Origin: Mobula hypostoma
Taxonomy: Eukaryota
Length of the DNA: 64,000 bases
Assembly (NCBI RefSeq): GCF_963921235.1
Contig: NC_086118.1
Location: 18,664,001-18,728,000 of the forward strand
Direction of reading: 5' to 3'
Position numbers and translations under genes: made by a program. The notes beneath the pieces are model-generated. The model saw nothing but the letters and a program-made list of their open reading frames with translations, was not told where the DNA came from and ran no database searches. Of the stretch, positions 38,852-53,023 are shown piece by piece; positions within the stretch are counted from its first letter, which is position 1, and each line of letters opens with the position of its first letter.

Positions 38852-39448
38852 ATAAGCTTGGTTGGGGTAAAAAACTGAATGTGGGCCAATGTGCAGCTGT
38901 CCGAAATGGGTTCCCAATACCAGCTGGGACCTGGTCAGGATGGACCTCTTCAGCTATGCAGAAGCAAACTTCACGGGTATGTTTCTGCAGAGGGCAGTCT
39001 ATTTCAGGCATGTCTTTACTTTTAGGCAATGGCAAGATCTCCATTTGATCAAGCGGAGAGAATTCCCTTCCCACATATCAGCTACCTCTCACATTTGATG
39101 AATCATGCCATTTGATGAAAAATACAGAAATTTAATCTGTGATAAAGTCTGCACCATGGAGGCATTTAATACTGTGCAATCTGAAACAACTCATGCAAAC
39201 CTACCCATGAGCAATTGAAACCATGGGACCAATGCTTGCCAGCCTCCTTTTCCTTAATTACTAGAATTCTATGTTGTTGTTAAACATCCTAGAAATGGTT
39301 CCACCGGGAGAAAAGCTGTTGACTCTTTTCACCTAGCAGCTTCTGTTGCTCCAGTCATTTGCAAGTGTCAACATTTTCAAGACTATGCTAATTTTCAGTT
39401 TGCACTATTTGAGAAGTTTTGATAGGAAGGCAACTGCTCAGGATTGAA

Positions 39449-39588
39449 CACGTAAAATGCTGAAGGAACTCAGCAGGTCAGGTAGCATCTACAAGAAGGA
39501 ATAAGCATTTGACATTTTGGACCTAGACCCTTTATCATTTGTGTGTATCACTCTGAATTTCCAGAATCTGCAATATATTTTGTATTTA
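39449..39588. mobile_element. Short Penelope insertion with an internal inversion and a 14-bp TSD
   Basis: tgctcaggattgaa duplicated at 39435-39448 and 39589-39602; a minus-oriented part is followed by a plus-oriented part. Confidence 0.85.
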
Positions 39589-39956
39589 TGCTCAGGATTG
39601 AAGATTAGTGTTTTTTTTATTTGAGGAGCTGCGTTGGAGTGAGAAAGACTTAGAATGGAGTTGGAGTAATGATGGGGGCTTCTCTCTCTGTACCGGGACT
39701 AAGTCTGCTGTGAATTTCTTGGTTAATGTCACAGCATTTATCACATCATGTTAGTAGGCACAGTACGAAGGTAAATTCTTCAGCCAGCCAAATTTGAGAA
39801 AGGTGCTCCATAGACCTCAACTGACAGGGTTAAATATTTTTTGTAATAGCTTGAATTGATGATGCTCTCTCTGTGTCTCTTGGCCCTTTAATGCATTGAG
39901 GATCAATTCCACAATGTCTTTAAGTATATGGGACTCACACTGCAATGTTCGAAATG

Positions 39957-40481
39957 CAGACATCCCACCCTGCAAAAACTCACTTCAAGGGGGTAGCGCC
40001 ATCAATTTGCAGGAGACTCCCGGAACTTCCAGGAGAGATGGGATGTCTGCAATAGAGTAGCTCCTTAGCAGCTGGCCAGATAGTTTAAATAATGTTAGCT
40101 ATGCTAATGAACGAATGACACCTGTTAAACTCACCTCAACATGTCTTTTACATTTTAACCCACAATGGGCAATAGAAAAGTCACCGTTGCAAACAGTGCA
40201 GCGAGCAACAGTGTCATTATTTTTGACCCCTATTTGGCAGTGTTACACTCTAGGGTAGTCTGGGGTGGCATACGTTTTATATTTTCTTTTTCTGGAACAC
40301 TCTGCCATGGTGCGCTCTCTCTCTCTCTCTCTCTCGTGGTCGCTCTCTTGCTCTCACTCTCGCACTTGCTCGGTCTCAAAATAATTGATCTCGGGGATAT
40401 TGTATATAATTTGTGGGCATCAGGGAGCCACTATTAATATGCGGGAGACTCCTGGAACTTCCGGGAGAGGCGGGATGTCTG
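39957..40481. mobile_element. Non-autonomous TIR DNA transposon (MITE-like) with a 6-bp TSD
   Basis: TIRs CAGACATCCCACC / GGCGGGATGTCTG (12/13); gaaatg duplicated at 39951-39956 and 40482-40487; internal copy of the right end finishing at 40049. Confidence 0.88.
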
Positions 40482-40619
40482 GAAATGGCTCTTCAAAAAC
40501 AGGGAGGAGAAAGCTAAAGAGATAATTTTTCAATATGGGATGACTGTTCTGCAACTATTACAGTTAGATTTATCTTCTTTTTTGAACTTCATCACATTTA
40601 CAATGCCTATGTGATCCAC

Positions 40620-41740
40620 TGGCATGCCCTCCTCTTCCCAGACTTAGGAGATGGGGTTGCAAACTTGTAACAGAAGTTTACCATTTCATGTTTTGGGCCT
40701 TCAGCAAAGATACCTTCTGCACCTGACATCTTATTGTTATTTGATTGATAGATGGACTTTCTAGCTTCTTGTTTATCATGGGTGGTGCTAGATTGGACAA
40801 TTCACCGTAGAGTAGTTAAGAACTCTCACGTCAAGAACAATGACATGCCTGTGGAGTTCAGTGACAAGTTTTCACCAGCAAGTTCTGACTGTCTCTGATT
40901 TTATTAAGTGGTTTGCAGCTTTCAGCATAGTGGGAGCTTGGCATTTGGGCAGTAGATGCCTTGGGTGCTGTTTTTATCAATAGGTTGATAGATTTTCTGC
41001 ACTCTTTCCACCCTCTTTAATGCATGGTCCTTTTGCCTAACCTCAGACTTCAGATGCCATGGAGCTGTTCTGATTCCTTTGAGGAAGACTGTGAAGTTTT
41101 CAATCCTAGTACAACAGTGGTTAAGTAACTCCTTGAACTCTGGATAATTTTCATCATCAAGCCTTATCTTGTTTATTTAGTAATGACAGATTCCAGGTCT
41201 GCCCAGATGTTGTGGACACTCTGCAACTCTCATTGATTAGAAGTTGCAAGGTTACTTGAGAGGATCTCTGAGAAGACCTTTTCTTGTGGTGTCCCCAAGG
41301 ACTTCTCACTATTAATCTTTAGGTTTTGCTTCTGTTGCTATTTTTGTTTTGGGGCCAGGCTGACAGAAGTAACAGCAGGTTATGCAGTAGTCAGTCCAAC
41401 AGTAATTGCTAACTATTGAGACTTGAATGATGTAGTCATCCCTGTAGTCTCTTTCTCAGATAATCCAGGATCCAGGGTTTCACCATGACACCTTGTCTCT
41501 TCTTGCTGTTGAAACAGCATGTTGATGTGATAAGACTGTGCAGTAAGCAGTTTGTCAGGAAGATTACTTTGCCTTTTCCCTCCTTGCCAATTGTGATTTG
41601 TCAGAAGATTATTCTTTTTAGGAGGATTAAGTTGACACCCTCTGAAATGCCGATAAGGATATTTTCAAGGGTGACTTGGAAGCCCTCCTTGGCTTAATTT
41701 TTAGCTTCTAGACTGGAATGTATACACTGACTATGTTCCA
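40620..41740 (-). mobile_element. Probable highly decayed RTE-clade LINE RT region
   Basis: General resemblance to reverse-complemented RTE RT sequence; no clean ORF. Confidence 0.35.
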
Positions 41741-43189
41741 TGTTAGAGTGAGCCAGAAAATTATGTGGGATTCACTTGTCTCTCAAAATAAAGCACTGAG
41801 ACGCCAGACCAAATCCATTTTGAGAACAAAGTTCAATACATGAAAATGGAATTCTTCTTGTGTTGTGCTCTTTTAAAAAGTGTACCCTCTTTGATGTGGC
41901 CATTTTCTCCACATATTTTCCCTTAGGGCAGATATAGCATTGTCTAAGTATCTGCGTTCACGATTATATTAGCGAAGCAACCTTTAGATCTGTTGCTGTC
42001 CATGAAGATCTTACTGTTCCAGATCCCAAAAACACTGAGAGGAAAACAAGTCCCTGCATGTTGCTTCTCATTATGTTGGGTGGCTTCTGGCAGACTTGAA
42101 AGTGTAAGATATTAATCCTCTGGTGAGCGGGTGAAAGATAACTTGAGATCAAAAATATATAGATGGACATGTCCATAATGGAAACCCATGCAAAAATGTA
42201 AGTAAACTCAGGTGGTCAATAGTCCCATGTTGAAACTGGTGCCTCATAATTCAATTAGACATCAGTACAAGACTTCCTTTCTCCATTATAATTTTCTCAG
42301 CTTGGACATCCAATCTGCTAGAATCGAGACCCAAGCCAGTCCCAAACTGAAAGGCAGTTTGCTCCAGAACCACTGAGCAGGTATAGTTATCAGGAAACTG
42401 AAATCAACATTACATTTACTCTGATGTAGAAGAGAAAATTTTATGATAATGGACCTGAGATAATAAACTGGCTGAATACTAAATAACTTAAAGGACTTCT
42501 ATCAAGCATCAGAATATTTGTTTATTCAGACATGAAGCCAACCTTAACATCAGGTATAAAGAACAGCCACATTATAGAGGAGTTGCATTCCTAGAAAACT
42601 ATTTGTATTGCAATTTTCCATAATGTAAACCTTTGACAAAAATTGACAAACTGTTGTTCCTTATGCATTTTGTTTTCAGTCAATAATTTTTCTTCATATA
42701 AATTCTGTAACAGTGAATTTTTAGTCTGATTCTCAAATATTGTAGTAGTGAATAGTGAATTAAATAAAGATAAATTTCCATTACCAAAATCCCTCAAGCA
42801 GGGCTAGACCACATTTAATTTATTTGATATTCAACTTGCAAGTCAAGGTAATTGCCCAAAGACAACTTGTCTTATCTGCTGTTACTGAGGAATTTTGAAC
42901 TCTGGGCACTTTAATTACAGAAGTAGGGAAATGAACAAAAAATGTGCAATAAAGTACCTATTTACTTCCTGGCAGTGCTTTTTTTGGCAAGTTAGTCAAA
43001 GCAAGAACTTTCACTGTGTAATGTAGGCAGGTTTTCATCCCTCCAGGGGTATAACTAATGGCTTGGAGCAAGCTGAGTGGACCAGCTGGCCCAGCCATTT
43101 TGTAAATTTGGATATAAAACATCACACTGTGTACTGAACCACATATCAAAAGATAATTCAGCAAGTCTGCTCATGAAACAACGAGACAG

Positions 43190-43385
43190 TAGGCGGTAGA
43201 AGTAGATACAATTGTAATACTTAAGAGGCATTTAAACACACACATGAACAGATGGGGAATAGAGTGATGTGGCTCATGTTCAGGCAGGTGGGATTGGTTA
43301 GATTAGCACTGGAGTTGGTGCAGACTCAGTGGGCTGAAGGGCTGGTCCCTGTGTTGTACTGCTCCGTGTTTGTTCTATGTGAGCC
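43190..43385 (+). mobile_element. CR1 3' end (degenerate)
   Basis: gggctgaagggctggtccctgtgttgtactgct...gttctatgt terminal motif. Confidence 0.7.
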
Positions 43386-45109
43386 GTTCAATCAGTATGA
43401 AATGCGAGATGATCTGTCTACAGCCCATCCTCCCATACTTTCAGTCTCAATTACCTCACTGCATCACCCATGAACGTTGTGCACTGCTTATTATACAAAT
43501 GACGCAAAGTGATTTGATGGGACTCTGACCATAAATAATCCTTTAAACTTACTCTTTGTCTGGCCCTGAGCTCCATACATCATTACTGTACAACAGATGC
43601 TCGGTTTCTTTTAGGGAATGTGATGATGCAGCATCAGAGTAGCTGCCATATTATGATTTATTTTCTTCCTGCTCAGAACTTATTATCAGCTGTTTGTTTC
43701 TAAATGTCGCATCACTTTCATACTGGCATGTTACCGCAAGACCAAAGACGAATTATCAACACAAAAGCTTCAAATATACACATAAGAAATGTAACTAGTG
43801 TTATAAAATTTATACATATAAAACCAATTAAAGGTGGTAACTGTTTTAGGAAGATCACATAATGAAGCACTATTGGTATGACTTGTAGCATTGTCCTTAA
43901 AACGACAGGCCCTCTAATCCCTTGCATTCATCTATTAACATTCCTTGCTTCACGTTGCTGTCAATTGGTGTAATTTGTATTTTACAGGACTCCTGTGCCT
44001 TACATTTAAATTTGCCACTCTCCAAAGTGATTTGGTTTCTGGCCAATCTGTCGTTCCTCTGAGCTGGACTGGATCAAAAACCTATCGAGCAACATCTTAT
44101 CAACGAGTGGCTTTGCTTTTAATTACACTAGCTAATGGCACCCATGCCGCATTGCTGACCTAACATGGGCTGTAGCTGTTACCTGCATTGTGTTCTGGTT
44201 AAACTGTTATGATATACTTGTTCCACCTTGATTTTTCTCTTTCCACAAAACCTCCAACAGTTTTCCTTTAGGTAAATGAAGGATCAGCACGGCTAAGGGA
44301 GTCAAACAAAAGAAGTATGATGTAAATTGCCCTTTCCAGCTCCCTGCAGAATTGTCATTCAAAAGAAATAAATCCTGAGAATATTGTATTCTTGCATGTT
44401 TGCAAAATATAGGTTTTGATTTTGGAACAGCTTTGGAGCCTCTCCATGTATATTCAGAATTTATGTGTCCTTTAGATCTTAAGGTAACAACAAGTGATTG
44501 CCAGATGGAACTCAATAAATTAATTCTCCTGTATACCTGATTAATTTGTGCACCACTCAACATGCACCACACAACTGATTCCTGCTGGACTGGGCGGTTG
44601 TGCAGTGGGCCAGGACTGTGGGGACAATCATCTAGCTTGCTCTACTTGGCAGAAAGGTTACTGAAGCTGTCTTACAGTTGACAAGAATTTCTTCTCTATT
44701 CAAGTCGATATAGAATGGAACGTGCATGGTAAAATGCCAATGTTCCACCTATTACACTTCACCAGGTGGGCACAGATAAAACCATCTACTCTACCACAAA
44801 CAATTCTAGCTACTTCCTCTGTTGGTTAATTCCATCCACTGGGTCAGGAAGAAGGCTCCTGTTGAAGTTTGGAGCTGAATTCATCATACCAATCTCATTG
44901 ATACACAATTCCAGCCACCAGTGAGGGTGATTGTACTCAGGAACATTGCTACAAGTCACAGTAACAGCACTTCATTATTTTAGCCTCCTAGGGCAGTGAC
45001 CAGATTTAATTCATTTCAAACAGCATCTCTCTTCGATTTAAATCTCTCTCTGCATTTACAGAGAAGCATAGAGCATAAGTGACTATGTAAATATCTTCAA
45101 GCCTCAAGA

Positions 45110-45540
45110 CCAAAGTTCAAAATAAATTTATTATCAAAGTAAATATGTCACCATATATAACCCTGCGGTTCATTTTCTTGTGGGAAAACTCAATAAATCC
45201 ATAATAGGACAATAACCACAACAGATTGAATGAAAGATCATACCAACTGGGACATTCAACCCAATGTGAAAAAAACAAATAACAGAGCAAATACAAAAAT
45301 AACAAAATAATAATAGTAAATAAATAATTAATAAATATAGAGAATATGAGATGACTAGTCCTTGAAAAGGAAACCATAGGCTGTAGGAACTTTTTAGTGA
45401 TGGGACAAGTGAAGTTGAGAGAAGTTATACACTTTGGTTCAAAAGCCTGATGGTTGAAGGGTATTAACTGTCTCTGAACCTGGTGGTGAGGGTCCTGAGG
45501 CAGCAGAGAGAAGAGAGCATGGCCTTGGTGGTTGGAGTCC
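45110..45540 (-). mobile_element. Rex1/Babar-type 3' UTR fragment
   Basis: Reverse complement of 4480-4828 (caaagttcaaaataaatttattatcaaagt...). Confidence 0.85.
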
Positions 45541-45849
45541 CATCCAACTTGACCCCTGATGGTTGGAAATCCCTTTTGGAAAAGTTCTTAGCAATGGCAT
45601 CAAAACATCCTGGAGGAAAGCTTAGGGAGGCTGTAATCCAGATGAATGTTCTTGAAACAAAATGTTGACTATTCTTTTCCTCCATGGATGCTGCCTGACC
45701 CAAAGATTTTCTCATTCAGTTTGATTTCTGCACCAGATTCCAGCATCTGCTGTCTTCAGTAGCTTTACAAACATCTTGAATCTAATTCAATAGCTGAACA
45801 TCAACCTCCCACAGAACATATGGGCAATTCAAAGTGAGATGAGGACCAC

Positions 45850-46115
45850 TGGGAAGGAGGTACCGGAGTCCCACACCACCAGGTTCAGGAACAGTTATTA
45901 TGTGACAACATCAGGCTCCTGAGCCAGTGTGGATAATTTCACTCACTTCAACTCTGAGCTGATACTACAACCTAGAGACTCACCTTCAAGGACTTCACTA
46001 TTCATCTTCTCAGTATTATTTATCCATTTTAAAAATTGCAAGTTTGCCTTCTTCCTTTACACATTAGTCATTTATCAGTCTTTGCGTATGCATAGTATTT
46101 TATAATTTAGTTGGA
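45850..46115 (+). mobile_element. Rex1/Babar-type 3' fragment
   Basis: cacaccaccaggttcaggaacagttatt matches 4490-4520. Confidence 0.8.
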
Positions 46116-48179
46116 TTTTTTCAAGGCCAATGTGGCACATTTAGCACCTTAAAGCGTCACCTGGTTGCCATCCGGAAACTGAACAAATCAAGGGGCAACA
46201 TAATCACATCACACACTTCACAGTGATGTCACAGAGATATACTTCCACTTTCACAGTGTTTTGGAGAGGATGGTGGATTTAAAGTCAAGGCCATTTCACT
46301 CTAAATAATTTACCCTTAGAACTATTCCAGGAGGTAGGGCCAAATTTTCCTGGCTTCAGCTGAGCATGAACTGGAAAAGTTCATATTGCGGATGGTCGGG
46401 AAAGAATGCTATCTGTCTTTCTTACCGGTAACTTATCGTTGGCTGTTGGGTAGATAACTTGAAACTGTATGCTAACACAAAAAAGTACATGCAATGAATT
46501 TCACAGCCGTGTCCACCCCATTTCAACTGATTTAAAGGTTTCAAATTTATATGCAACTATTGGATAATCACTTATCAACCAACCCTAAACCTTTTGAATA
46601 ATGCTGTTTGATATCTAATGTCTCATTAAAGATTGTGACTCTGCCCATCGAAGACAAATAATTATGAAAGCAATTTCCATAAAGAGATGTTCCTTTAACC
46701 ATGGCTGTTAAGTAAACAATGGGTCATCATCCGTTCATTTGTACATAAAAGGCCTTTTGATTAAAAACCCTCACTATACGTCCCGAAATCTATACTCATG
46801 CCATTCTAAGTGGCGTGAAATTATGTTTGGAAAGTTCTGATTAACCAGTGTTGAATATTTCTCTACTTACTGATTTCTATCATGATTGTCAGGCATTTAC
46901 AGTTGTTAGAATATTAATTAACCTTTATCTTCATTTTTAGATCACCCCCATCCTCCCCTCTACCTCACTCTTTGCTGCTTGCTTGGTTTAAGTCATATTA
47001 GATTGATGGTGATTATTATGCTTTGAGGTACAGTGCATTTAATGCAACTCTTATATTTTCTTACAACTTATTTAATTATGATCATTTATACATAAATACA
47101 TCATCCAAGTTTTCTTTTATATTTTCTGATTAACCATCTTCCAAAGGTATAAAACATTTTCTACTTTTTTCTATTTTGTATCAAAAATATTTGAAATATT
47201 AATTCCGGCACCACTTTGAAGAAACAAAGTCCAGGGATCAAGGCTAGAATTCTTTGATATGAAGCTTTGTTAAGATTAAGTAAAATGCTTAGGCCACATT
47301 TGTCTCTTGTTATCTGCTTTAACTTTCCATTTGCCATCTGGATTTTTGTTTTATCATGTGTGCTCTCTTTAGCAATTAGGTATTTTAATTATTGGCTCCC
47401 ATTTTGGCCATCTGGGATTTGGGGATGTTAGTATAATCACAGATTGAACAGAATAAAGTGTACACAGGAAGACCACACAATATACTAGCAGTCTCTTTTA
47501 TAGCTGTCAGATACTTCACCACAAGTAGTTCAGCAATCTTTTGCGAAAATTCTGCATGGAAGGAATTGAACTCAAATCTGAAGAGGCAGCTGCTGACGAA
47601 ACCTTTCTAAATTTCCGATTTATATGAATTGGTGTGGATTTGAAACATAAGTGAAGATTGCTCTGAGGACAATTGCTGCAGAACAAGAAACACAGCTGTT
47701 GAATATTAGGCCATCAAATTGAAAAGGTTGAGCAGTTCTTCCAGGTCATGGCCAGCTGCCAATATTTGATTGGGAATGAGGCGTATAGACAGTATCACAG
47801 AACCAAAGCTTTGGATGGGAAAATAGTACCATACAAAACCAGCCCCTAAAAGTTCTTCTTTTAAGCCTGTATTAGTGGATCTGTCCATGGTATAGAGGCT
47901 TGGAATATGACTAAGGTACTCGATTAGATCTTGTGGTATCAATAACAGATGGCTGAAGAGAGTTCATTGGGCATGACATAGGGGCAAGTCTGAACAGCCA
48001 ATCAACAGTTGCTCAGCTCTTTGATCTGAAACAATAAGGATCAGATAGTTAACCCATTTGCTGAGAAATAGTAGAGCTTAACCAAAGTGAATGGACAGTG
48101 GAAATTAAAGGGTTAGGTAAGTTGAGGAAAACGAAAACATGCAGTTGGATGTAGTTCAACAAACTTTATCACAACAGAA

Positions 48180-48740
48180 GCAAGCACGTCGAGCACCTCC
48201 ACTTCATCTGCCAAAAGTGGAACTTCCCAGTGGCTAACAATTTTAAATCCCGTTCCAACATGTCAGGTGCCAGGATGAGGCCACTCTGAGTGAAGAGCAA
48301 CACCTTCTATTCCATCTTGGTAGCCTCCAAAGTGATGGCATAAATACTGATTTCTCCTTCTGGTAATTTTTTCCCTCTTCCTCTATTTCCCACTCTGGCC
48401 TTTTACTTCTCACCTGCCTATCACCTCCCCCCAGCAACTCCCCCCCCCTTCCCTTTCTGCTATGGTCTACTCTCTTCTCCTATCAGATTCCTTCTTCTCT
48501 AGCCTTTTTCCTTTCCCACCTACCTGGCTTCCCCTATCACCTTCTAACTTGCGTCCTTCTCCTCCATTCCCCCACTTTTTATTCTGCCATCTTTCTCCTT
48601 CCTTCTCAATGCAGAAGAAAGGTCTTGACCGGAAATGTGGACTGTTTATTTCCATAGATGCTGCCTGCCTGCTGAGTTCCTTTAGCGTTTTGTGTGAGAG
48701 CTTTGGATTACCAGCATCTGCAGAATTTCTTGTGTTTAGA
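48180..48740 (+). mobile_element. Penelope-like element 3' part
   Basis: Colinear with 53520-54060 (gagcacctccac...gaagagcaacacctt..., CT-rich tract, terminal repeat). Confidence 0.85.
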
Positions 48741-48759
48741 AGAAAGAAAGTGATAAAAT

Positions 48760-48926
48760 TAAAAACGCAAACATGAGAAAATCTGCAGAAGCTGGAAGTT
48801 CAAGCAACACACACAAAATGCTGGTGGAATGCAGCAGGCCAGGCAGCATCTATAGGAAGAAGTACAGTTGACATTTTGGGCCGAGACCTTTCATCAGGGC
48901 CAGCATTTTGTGTGTGTGTTGCTTGC
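48760..48926 (-). mobile_element. Short fold-back Penelope insertion
   Basis: Minus-strand terminal repeat with CUGAUGA (tcatcagg) followed by an inverted copy ccagcattttgtgtgtgtgttgcttg; flanked by agtgataaa at 48749-48757 and 48927-48935. Confidence 0.85.
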
Positions 48927-49614
48927 AGTGATAAATTTTTTGAATTTGGATCTGGCTTTGGGTTGCAACTCTTCAAAAAAGAAAGTAGTTTTAATATTTA
49001 CTTTTGGAAATACCGTTGAAAATAAAGGAACTGGTTAGGAATCACAAATAGCTTCAGTGGGTTCTCTCAAGCTCTAAAATATACTTAACATTTATTCCAG
49101 TTCCATCATGTGTTGGAGTTTTGTTGTAATCATCCCCATGACAACTGTGTATTCAAAAGGTCATTCTGCTTGTAACTCATGATTCATGACCAGTTTTAAC
49201 TGGGGAGGATTTTCACAGACATTGTGAATATCTACTTAACTATAATTAAACAAATAGTTACGTAACTTGTATGCATTAATGTAGAATGGTAGCTAGTAGA
49301 GAAGGAGATCCATATGACAATAACATCACCATGGATGTTGATGATATCAGCAGAGCAACCTGACGGGCCTGTGTTCCTTACGGGTGTAGGTGATTCATGG
49401 TGCAGTTTCTCAGCTCCAGGTTTATCAGTGGGAGCGGCTGTGTGAGAGAGTTCAGTAACATGGCCGAGTAGCTAAGTAGAAACAGGTGCAATGCTTGTGG
49501 CTGTTTCGCAGAGAGATCAGGGTGGCAGACTGAAGGCTCTGTATTCTGAGGGGAAGTGCTGCTTGATGTCTGCCCATGGGGCAGAGCAGATCTGTGCCGA
49601 CTTCACACCAACAG

Positions 49615-49808
49615 GTTATTTATTTATTTAAAGAAGCAGCATGGAATTGGCCCTTCCGGCTCTTCCAGCCGCACCAGCCAGCAACCCCTGACAACCACAA
49701 TTTAACCCTAACGTAATCATGGGACAATTTACAATGAGCAACTAACCCATCTGGTATGTCTTTGGACAGTGGGAGGAAACCAGAGCACCCGGAGAAAACC
49801 TCCGCTTT
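49615..49808 (-). mobile_element. V-SINE (HE1-like) fragment
   Basis: gtctttggacagtgggaggaaaccagagcacccggagaaaacc (V domain, reverse complement) and (ttta)n tail. Confidence 0.85.
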
Positions 49809-50686
49809 CAGTTGACTTACAAGGGCAATACCAGCACCAAATAGCTACCATCTAGTGTAAGAGGTAGGGTTATAGAAGGAAAAAAAGGTGAAATAGAAGA
49901 TTTCTTTCTCCTGGTCCCCTCCACTACCACCCTCCTCTGTCTGGCATTCACCTGCTATGCTTGCTTCTTTGTTGGCTAAGTAGAACAGTCCTTGTTCCAA
50001 ACCTTCTTCGTTAATGCGTCCCAACTCTTCCTCTGCCACGTTGATGACTGCATTGATGCTGTTTCATGCACCCATGCTGAACTTCAATTTCATCAACTTT
50101 GCCTCTAGTTTCCACCTGGCCCTTCAATTCACTTGCTCGATTTCTGACACCTCCTTCCCCTTTCTTGATTTTTCTGTCTCCATTTCTGGAGATAAATTTT
50201 CAACTGGCATCTTTTATAAACCTACCGATCCCCACAGTTATCTTGACTCTCCCTCTTCCCACACTGTTTGCTGTAAAAATGATATTTTCTTTTTTTTAGT
50301 TCCTTCGTTTCTGCGCCATCTGTTTCCAGGATGCACATTTCCTTTCCAGGATTCAGAAATGTCCTCCTTCTTCCAAGAATGGGGTTTCCCTTCCTCCATT
50401 GATGCTGCCCACACCTATCTTCCTCCTCCATCACCCTCTGCATCCAACACATCCTCCACAGCTTCCACCATCTCCAAAGTGATCCTACCACCAAACATAT
50501 CTTTACCTCTCCCACTGTCACAAGAAACTGTGGGTCAATTGTTTAAGAAAAATAACCAGATGGCTTGAGTCACAAACTAGATTGAGGTGCTTTTATTTAC
50601 CTCAAAATAAAACAAAAACTGGAAAAAGAAACTATATATATAGCCACCCTCAGACTAAACACAGAAGAAAACTAACCCCAAAGCCT

Positions 50687-53023
50687 GTCTGTCTGTATCT
50701 TGTTTTACGGCAGTTGGCATCGAGCTTAATGGTGCATTACCGCCACCCTCTGCTCTGGAATGTGCACTAGACATACATTCTAAATCCCTTCACCCAATCG
50801 CTCGTGCGCACGCACGCATATATATATATACACACAAACCTACACTTCACCCTCCCATCTTTGACCATCCTAGTATCCTATTCCTGTTTATTCGTCATAT
50901 TCTATAAAAAACCCCTGTACCCCTTAAAAACGCTAAAAATACCCGGACTTGTGCTCTCTCACCCATGCCCAGCAACCCTTTTAATGTGAATTCCTGCATC
51001 CCCAACTCCCTTAATTTATTTCTCATCATCTCTCTCTGTACCCCATACTTCCTGCAGCTTAGAACTACATGTTCTACTGACTCCTCTTCCTCACATTCCT
51101 CACACAATCCTGTCTGGTGTTTCCCTATCATTTTCAATGTTTTGTTTAATACACAATGCCCCAGCCTTAACCTAGTCCACACAATTTCCTCTCTTCTGTT
51201 TCCATTACCTACCCTAGTAACTGCAACACTCTTTTGTATTTGATATAAATGCCTCCCTTTCCCCTCCCTGTCCCATCTTTCTTGCCACATTCGGTTGACT
51301 TTTTCCCAGATTACACACTTAACCTCTGCTTTACTGATACTAATATGCATTTCCACATTTTCTTTCTTTAACGCCCTCTTTGCCAACTCATCCACCCTCT
51401 CATTCCCCTTCACCCCTACATATGCTGGAACCCACAGAAATTTTACCTGACCTCCCTGATTTGCAATTCTTGTAACTAACTGAAGGACTTCATAAAGTAC
51501 ATCTTGCCAATTATTTGTGTGAAAAGACCTCAAACTTGCTAGAACTGAGGATGAATCTGAACATATCAATGCTTTGGCTTGTCTGGCTTTCTGCACCCAT
51601 TGCAACGCAACCAACACTGCCAACATCTCCACTGTAAACTCCCCTAACTTATTAGATGTTCTTCTGCTGATTCCAATTTCTTTTGCTGGTATTACCACCC
51701 CAAACCCTGTCACTCCTGTTTCAGGTTCCTTCGCACCATCCGTATAAATGTGAGTATAATCACTATACTTTTCCATCACATGACAGTTAAATGCATTTAC
51801 CAAATCTGTTTTATATCTTTCTTTCCTTTTTACCTTTAACAAATGCCAGTCTATGTCAGGCCATACAAGCTTCCATGGAGCTACAACCGGATAAACTACT
51901 GAAGGACTTATCCTCAGATCAAACACTCCACATTCTTTCGTGATATCATTCCCTACCCAACTAAAGGTATCCCTCTGAAACCTCCCATTTTCCCAGCACT
52001 CCTGCAACACTCCTTTAGTAGGGTGAGCATCATTGTGCCCTTGCAAGTTAGCCCAGTAGTTTGCCATCAGTTGCATCCTTCTTAGTTCCAAAGGCATTAT
52101 TCCCATTTCTACCTGTAGTGCTGACACTGGTGATGTTTTAAAAGCCCCACTGCACACTCTCAAGGCCTGATCCTGAATCACATCCAGTTTCCTTATAAGA
52201 GACCTAGCTGCTGATCCATATACTATATTTCCATAATCCAATACAGATCTTACTAAAGCCACATACGTTCTCTTCAAAGCTGAACAACTTGCTCCCCATT
52301 CCCTACCAGTCAAACATCTCATCACATTTATTACTTTTTTACATTTCTCCTCAACTTTCCTGATATGGTCTGCCCATGTTAATCATGAATCAAATATAAC
52401 TCCCAGAAATTTAAATGATGCAACCCTTTCTAATTCAACCCCATAAATCCTTAATTTCTTCCCTACCTCAACCCTTTTCCTGGTGAAAAATACAGTCTGA
52501 GTTTTATCTACTGAAAATCTACATCCCCAATCATAATCCCAGTCCACCACTTCATCAATTGCTTCTTGTAGTTTCCTGATTATATGGTCCATGTTCCTGC
52601 CTCTTTTCCACAAGGCCCCATCATCTGCAAACAGTGACCTACCTATATCCACTGGTACCTTTGTGAAGATATCATTGATCATAATGATGAAAAGTAACGG
52701 GCTAATCACACTACCTTGAGGTGTGCCATTTTCCACTATGTACTGTTTTGATAATTCTGATCCAATCCAAACTTGAATTTTTCTACCAAACAAAAAATCT
52801 TTAATCCAATTAAAAACTCTCCCACCATCCCCCATCTTGTGCAGTTTAATTAATAATCCTTCCTTCCACATCATATCATAGGCTTTTTCAATGTCAAAGA
52901 ACACTGCCACTACTGACTCTTTATTTGTCTGGGCCTTCCTTATTTCAGTCTCTAACATAATCACTGAGTCCATGGAATTCCTTCCCTTTCTAAAACCACT
53001 CTGATAACTTGCCAGCATTCCCC
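50687..53023 (-). mobile_element. I-group (Nimb-like) LINE, 5'-truncated, with a 13-bp TSD
   Basis: aaccccaaagcct duplicated at 50674-50686 and 53024-53036; (CAGA)n tail; RT, RNase H and CCHC coding region. Confidence 0.93.
50895..53023 (-). pseudogene. ORF2 remnant: reverse transcriptase, RNase H and CCHC knuckle, with one in-frame stop
   Basis: QSGFRKGR, FFDIEKAYD, GTPQGSVISPLLF, FADD; YTDGA...E...ICSDS...WVPAYVGVKGNERVDELAK; CEEC...H...C. The two ORFs are in frame, with 19 codons between them and a TGA at 52385-52383. Confidence 0.93.
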
